A stretch of DNA of 64,000 nt from an uncultured Nitrososphaeraceae archaeon (lineage in GTDB: Archaea > Thermoproteota > Nitrososphaeria > Nitrososphaerales > Nitrososphaeraceae), in contig CAWGVG010000027.1 of the NCBI GenBank assembly GCA_963825865.1, positions 64,001 through 128,000 on the forward strand. The letters run 5' to 3'. The notes under the pieces were generated by a model, which saw only the letters and a program-made list of their open reading frames with translations, had not been told where the DNA came from and ran no database searches. Positions 58,155 to 64,000 of the stretch are shown in pieces. A program made the position numbers and the translations under genes. How positions within the stretch are numbered: the stretch's first letter is position 1; each line of letters opens with the position of its first letter.

Positions 58155-58421
58155 CGCTTGATTTTAAAACTAACGTGCTTTAAGTTTTATCAAGCGATGA
58201 ATAAGATGCTGATAAATTGCTTGAGCAATCTTAAGTTGTTGCAGTGTCTATTCAGGTTTAGTGACTTGAGATTTATTACTCTCCAGTACAAAAAATTACG
58301 TCGTTAAAACATCTACGATAGAAAGATACTGGTCATGATCACTTATGAGTAAATCTCTTTTAATACTTCATTCACACACGACCCATAACTTAAAAAATGG
58401 CATTAAGAGAGTACACATGAT

Positions 58422-58755
58422 ATGGGAGGCATGAAGAAAAAACCTGTAGGATCTTCAGACAAGACTGCTGCTGCTTTCTGATTCAACGGCTGATGTAAAA
58501 TCAACAAAGGAAGATAGCAAGAAGACTGGATCAAAAACACAACAGAAACAAAAACTAGCGGTTCTCGTAGAAGAATCACAGGGTATTAAAGCACTGCAGG
58601 GTATGAAGGCAATTACGATACATGCCTTTGCAAGAGCTGCTGGTGTAAAAATTTCTGTTGCTAATGCTTTTATCAAATCCGTTGAGGCGAAAGGACTTGT
58701 AAAGAGTGTTGGCGGCAATAGTGGGCATAGAGTTTACAAATTAGCTAAACAGTAA
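58422..58755 (+). CDS. rps25e: 30S ribosomal protein S25e; frameshifted and absent from the ORF track
   Basis: MGGMKKK...MKAITIHAFARAAGVKISVANAFIKSVEAKGLVKSVGGNSGHRVYK. Confidence 0.88.
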
Positions 58756-58945
58756 CTAATAATGCAACCGGTATGCTAACCTCTTCCATAATAGTCGGAA
58801 TAGTGTGCTTGAAAGGATCAAAGAATTATAAAATCTATAATAATAGTTAATCAATATCCTTCAATTTTTGAAAGAAAAAGAGAATTTCATATTATGTATT
58901 GTTTATCTATCTATCTATCGATTATGGCTACTAAATTAATTTATT

Positions 58946-59404
58946 TTATTTCCTTAGAAGTGCTACGTCTCCTGTCTGTGCAAATTCTATTAACTCTAAA
59001 TTGGATTTAATTATCCCTATCGGATTCATAGGCATGACTATTGAATCTTTAATAAAAATACATAACGATCCATTAGCCGTCATATATGCAATATCGCCAC
59101 GCTTAAACCGAGTTTGCTGTTTCTCTGCTCCTATCATTAATCCTGTTTCGATATAGGCGAATTTATCTGCAAACTTATGAACTCTGTCCTGTAATGGCAG
59201 GCGTTTTAAAATTATTCTAACGCTCAATGGGGACAGATGACGAATAATTTCGCATTGAGCGAATCCCTTATTTGATATTTCTAAGATCACAGGGATCCTT
59301 GAAACTGTTCCACCTCCACCTTGACATGGTTGCAATAGTATCAAAATAGAAGATAGAGTATATATAATGGAAACGTTTATTTCTATGAATTTAAAAATTC
59401 GCAA
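58946..59404 (-). CDS. Cyclophilin-like fold protein (true start probably ~59323)
   Basis: RHLSPLSV..ILKRLPL...GDIAYM..NGSLCIF...MNPIG. Confidence 0.75.
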   Translation of the reverse strand: MRIFKFIEINVSIIYTLSSILILLQPCQGGGGTVSRIPVILEISNKGFAQCEIIRHLSPLSVRIILKRLPLQDRVHKFADKFAYIETGLMIGAEKQQTRFKRGDIAYMTANGSLCIFIKDSIVMPMNPIGIIKSNLELIEFAQTGDVALLRK

Positions 59405-59440
59405 CGTTTAATTATATATTTATTATCTTTTGCATTATTC

Positions 59441-59953
59441 TTGGTAGTAAAACATTCTTCTCATGAAAAACATATGCCAAAAAAATCCTCGCACATTAAA
59501 GAAAAGACTGCCAAGAAGGCGGAATCCAAGGCAAAAAGCACCAATCCTGGCAAATCTATGAAGAAACAATTAGAGACTGAACAGATTTCTGATGATGATA
59601 CTGCAAAAGCAGCATTACAAATTGACGAACCGATCAAGAAATCAAACCGGCCTGAAGATGAAGTAGTCATATATAACGAAGTTGAATTTGAGCTTAAAGA
59701 AATTATTTCAAATGGAAACCAAGTTTTAATTGGCCCTCTAAGGCTTACAAGATTTGAGAGAGCTAGAATTACCGGTGCAAGATCATTACAGTTATCTTTA
59801 GGGGCTCCATCTTTGATTAGGGTTCCCAATGATGTGAGAGATTCTATCTCATTAGCAACAGTAGAACTCGATCTTAAAGCATTACCGATCTCCATTAGAC
59901 GTATTTTACCAAATGGCCTTTATCAAGACATTCCAATAACTTTGTTAAAATAA
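59441..59953 (+). CDS. rpoK: RNA polymerase subunit Rpo6 (K) with charged N-terminal extension
   Basis: LTRFERARITGARSLQLSLGAP...LPISIRRILPNG. Confidence 0.93.
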   Translation: MVVKHSSHEKHMPKKSSHIKEKTAKKAESKAKSTNPGKSMKKQLETEQISDDDTAKAALQIDEPIKKSNRPEDEVVIYNEVEFELKEIISNGNQVLIGPLRLTRFERARITGARSLQLSLGAPSLIRVPNDVRDSISLATVELDLKALPISIRRILPNGLYQDIPITLLK

Positions 59954-60723
59954 TAATGCATCTAACAACTAATATCTTATATTTCTTGGCGTCTACATTC
60001 ATCAAAATAGCGGATCCTTACCATATCTATAAATAAAATAATCAAGGCGCCATCTTTCATGAAAGAGGAGATATTCACCATGAAACATCAAATTCGCATC
60101 GATCTCACACTTTTAGATTGTAAAAAGTACGAAATCTTTTTTCTTCCTATTGCGGGCCACTGAAACTTTAGCTCTACCATCTTTTTTTCTATCCTTCCAT
60201 TTTATATCATTTCATTAAATGAATCTTGATTAACTGATTTTCCTTACTTTTGGTACCACATTTCAAAAATATGCTTCATCTTAGTTCCATTATCATTAAC
60301 TTATATTGATGACCTGATTGAACAAGATCAAATGGAATTTGAAATTACTTCATAGATTCGTCTTCTTACTTTGTATGTGTATGCCTATTTCTATTGCTTT
60401 AAAATTGCAACAACACACTTACAAATTCACAATTCTTCAAGGCTCAGTTAGATAATTAGTAATTCATTGTATATATTTTTGTTTTTATAACAAAAAATTG
60501 TAGCTGAAGCATTCAACTTCTTTTCAATGTTACTATCTATTAGTAATATAATTTTTTTATAAATAGGGAATTAGAAGAAAAGACATAGTATAATAATCAC
60601 TTTTACAAGTATACAGTTACATATAATAAAGCAATTATTTAATCATTAAAAAAATGCATGCAAATGAACATTAGTACAAATAATGGTTCGACGTAAATAG
60701 ATAGTTCCCAATCCGTCTTTGTA

Positions 60724-63700
60724 TTGAAAATAACAAAAGATCATTACAAAAAGAGAGGAATAGCTCTGTATGTAATGGCTATGCTATTGCTGTCAGTTGT
60801 ACTATTCAATCTAAATAATCCATCAATACCTCTGGTGTATGGTGATAAAGGTAACAATAATAATAATAACCATAACAGCAACAATAAAGTAAAGAACCAT
60901 TCATTAATCAATAGTATATCTGATCAAGTAGTTAATTCTAATGTAGGTACCAATAAAGGGCAAGTACAACTCAGTACTTCAACAAATACAAACACAAATA
61001 GCTCTGACATCTGGTCAAGACAAGGCAACCAAAGCAATTAATCAAATAAATTCAATTATTGACTTAAACCCTAACGGTCCTTTATCGCAGTCATTATTAT
61101 CTCTTGCAAAACAACAAGCAGCTGGTAACACAGATGCTGTCACAAAGGCCGCAGCACAAATTGCAGGAAAAGTGTCTAGTGGTGGTGATGATTTGGCACA
61201 ACCATTATCATCACAAGATTTGGCACAACCATTATCATCACAAGATTTGGCACAACCATTATCATCACAAGATTTGGCACAACCATTATCATCACAAGAT
61301 TTGGCACAACCATTATCATCACAAGATTTGGCACAACCATTATCATCACAAGATTTGGCACAACCATTATCATCACAAGATTTGGCACAACCATTATCAT
61401 CACAAGATTTGGCACAACCATTATCATCACAAGAAACAGGAACATCTTCTTCTACCTCCCCGTTATCATTTTTATCGCCAGGCGAAACAACATCAAATGA
61501 AAGTAGTGAACAACAACAAACTACCAATCAACCTAATACTAATCCTAGTAGCAGTAGTCAAGTTGTTTCCAATACTCCTAAACAACAAACAGTTACTCCT
61601 CAACAAACAGTTACTCCTCAACAAACAGTTACTCCTCAACAAACAGTTACTCCTCAACAAACAGTTACTCCTCAACAAACAGTTACTCCTCAACAAACAG
61701 TTACTCCTCAACAAACAGTTACTCCTCAACAAACAGTTACTCCTCAACAAACAGTTACTCCTCAACAAACAGTTACTCCTCAACAAACAGTTACTCCTCA
61801 ACAAACAGTTACTCCTCAACAAACAGTTACTCCTCAACAAACAGTTACTCCTCAACAAACAGTTACTCCTCAACAAACAGTTACTCCTCAACAAACAGTT
61901 ACTCCTCAACAAACAGTTACTCCTCAACAAACAGTTACTCCTCAACAAACAGTTACTCCTCAACAAACAGTTACTCCTCAACAAACAGTTACTCCTCAAC
62001 AAACAGTAGTTGACAAACGTCCAGTGGCTAATGCTGGGCATCCTGGTCCAGATCAAAATGTTAATGAAAGCTCTCTTGTTACGCTTGATGGAAGTGCAAG
62101 TTATGATCCAGATGGGAACCCACTGACCTATCTATGGACACAGACTGCTGGTCCTTCCGTTACGTTAAGTAATCCCACTTCAGCCATAACTACATTTACA
62201 GCTCCACCACCCGGCTCGACTAATATCGCAGGACTTACGTTCCAATTGACAGTTAAAGACACAGCTGGTTTAACTGATAGTGACTCAGTCCATATTACAG
62301 TAAATCATGTAACTCCACCACAACCAGTTGACAAACGTCCAGTGGCTAATGCTGGGCATCCTGGTCCAGATCAAAATGTTAATGAGGGCTCTATTGTTAC
62401 GCTTAATGGGAGTGCAAGTACTGACCCCGATATCGGTGATACATTAACATATTCATGGACACAGACTGCTGGTCCTTCCGTTACGTTAAGTAATCCCACT
62501 TCAGCCATAACTACATTTACAGCTCCACCACCCGGCTCGACTAATATCGCAGAACTTACGTTCCAATTGACAGTTAAAGACACAGCTGGTTTAACTGATA
62601 GTGACTCAGTCCATATTACAGTAAATCATGTAACTCCACCACAACCAGTTGACAAACGTCCAGTGGCTAATGCTGGGCATCCTGGTCCAGATCAAAATGT
62701 TAATGAGGGCTCTATTGTTACGCTTAATGGGAGTGCAAGTACTGACCCCGATGGGAACCCACTGACCTATCTATGGACACAGACTGCTGGTCCTTCCGTT
62801 ACGTTAAGTAATCCCACTTCAGCCATAACTACATTTACAGCTCCACCACCCGGCTCGACTAATATCGCAGGACTTACGTTCCAATTGACAGTTAAAGACA
62901 CAGCTGGTTTAACTGATAGTGACTCAGTCCATATTACAGTAAATCATGTAACTTCACAACAATCAGTCACTTCTCCACAATCGCAATCAGTCACTTCTCC
63001 ACAATCGCAATCAGTCACTTCTCCACAATCGCAATCAGTCACTTCTCCACAATCGCAATCAGTCACTTCTCCACAATCGCAATCAGTCACTTCTCCACAA
63101 TCGCAATCAGTCACTTCTCCACAATCGCAATCAGTCACTTCTCCACAATCGCAATCAGTCACTTCTCCACAATCGCAATCAGTCACTTCACCAGCTGCTA
63201 TTGTTGGTCCGGACCAAACGGTCGACGAAGGCTCTGTTGTTAGACTTGATGGAAGTGCAAGTACTGATCCAGATAGAGGTGATACACTAACATATTCATG
63301 GACACAGACTCCTGGTCCTTCCGTTACGTTAAGTAATCCCACTTCAGCCGTAGTTACATTTACTGCTCCACCTGTATCGACTAATACAGATGATGTTCTT
63401 CACATTGACAGTTAAAGACAAAGCAGGTTTAACTGATAGTGCCACTGTAAAAGTTACAATTAACCATGTAACTCAAACACAACCATCAGCAGAAGTAAGC
63501 AACGGTAGAGATCCATTTGGAATAAAGGAAATTTACCAAACAAAGCAGGGAGGAGAAGAATGGTTCATGAATATGAATAGTCCAACAAGCGACAGCAGGA
63601 ATAATCCGCCACCTCTGACCAAGAATCCAGATGGTTCTTTCAAGGTTACGTCAAGTCAGGTAAGATGGGGTGTCTTTACTTCCTCTGGATATCATCCAGC

Positions 63701-64000
63701 CCAAATTGCTACTTATAATCAAAAGCAGTTAGTGCCACAAGGGTTTATGCAATCGCCTAACGATTGGAAGAATGTAGAAATGACTGGATACATAAAGGTA
63801 AATCAATTCTCTAGTTCTGATCTACCTTTTACATGGTATGCACGAGGAGGGAGAGACACTGATTCAGCACCATGTGAAGGAACTTCAATTAAAGGAAGAT
63901 TAGCCATTGACGGAACAACAAATTTCGCGAAAGAACAATGGCATACAGGTGGATATTTTTCCACATTAGCTAAGCCTGCTACTGATGCTATAAACACAAA
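60724..64000 (+). CDS. Large secreted surface protein: S/T/Q/P repeats, four PKD-like domains, C-terminal putative carbohydrate-binding domain; frameshifted and 3'-partial
   Basis: Signal in ORF 60724..61041; ORF 61172..63415; shifted frame continues DPFGIKEIYQTKQGGEEWFMNM...WKNVEMTGYIKV...YARGGRH to the window edge. Confidence 0.85.
61190..61432 (+). repeat. Nine perfect 27-bp coding repeats (DLAQPLSSQ)
   Basis: GATTTGGCACAACCATTATCATCACAA x9. Confidence 0.97.
61583..62007 (+). repeat. 23 perfect 18-bp coding repeats (QQTVTP) plus a partial copy
   Basis: CAACAAACAGTTACTCCT x23. Confidence 0.97.
62009..62953 (+). repeat. Three near-identical ~320-bp PKD-domain repeats
   Basis: Units start at 62009, 62327 and 62648; a diverged fourth lies at ~63190-63470. 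Confidence 0.95.
62960..63189 (+). repeat. Nine perfect 24-bp coding repeats (QSVTSPQS) plus a partial copy
   Basis: CAATCAGTCACTTCTCCACAATCG x9. Confidence 0.96.

Noticed and set aside
58455-58718. Minus-strand 87-aa ORF
   Set aside because: It is the antisense of rps25e.
61190-63189. CRISPR array
   Set aside because: The repeats are head-to-tail without spacers, have lengths divisible by three and are in frame; no cas genes.
61042-63342. His- or Cys-rich repeat ORFs in alternative frames (IWHNHYHHK, CDDNGCAKS, LLRSNC, DCDCGEVT)
   Set aside because: These are shadow frames of the coding tandem repeats.

Overview
AT-rich archaeal DNA, most likely from a soil ammonia-oxidising archaeon (Nitrososphaeraceae-like), judged from archaeal ThrRS, PolB, EF-1alpha, S10, S25e, Rpo6, ATP-dependent ligase and PEF-CTERM surface proteins. 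Single-base indels break even essential genes (tuf, polB, rps10, rps25e), so most frameshifts are probably sequencing errors; split ORFs were rejoined by hand. The window has four zones. (1) 1-~13.9 kb is the right part of an integrated element. It carries a tyrosine integrase cut off before its catalytic Tyr, a P-loop replication-type ATPase, an SSB-like gene, ParB fragments, a candidate COMMD-like protein, and three secreted paralogues with a constant Cys-rich N-terminus, different C-terminal modules, an orphan hybrid module and a conserved upstream block. (2) 14.5-27 kb holds housekeeping genes. (3) ~28-50.5 kb is a copper island: CopA, a YHS chaperone, two broken Lrp-type regulators, an IS5-family element with a perfect 9-bp TSD, a CopC-CopD-YtkA-propeller fusion and about ten unknown secreted proteins with N-terminal His or Met-rich tails. 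Two distinct DNA motifs recur in its promoters. (4) 51-64 kb holds housekeeping genes and a large repeat-rich PKD surface protein. No rRNA, tRNA or CRISPR array was found. All family assignments come from motif recognition by eye, not database searches.
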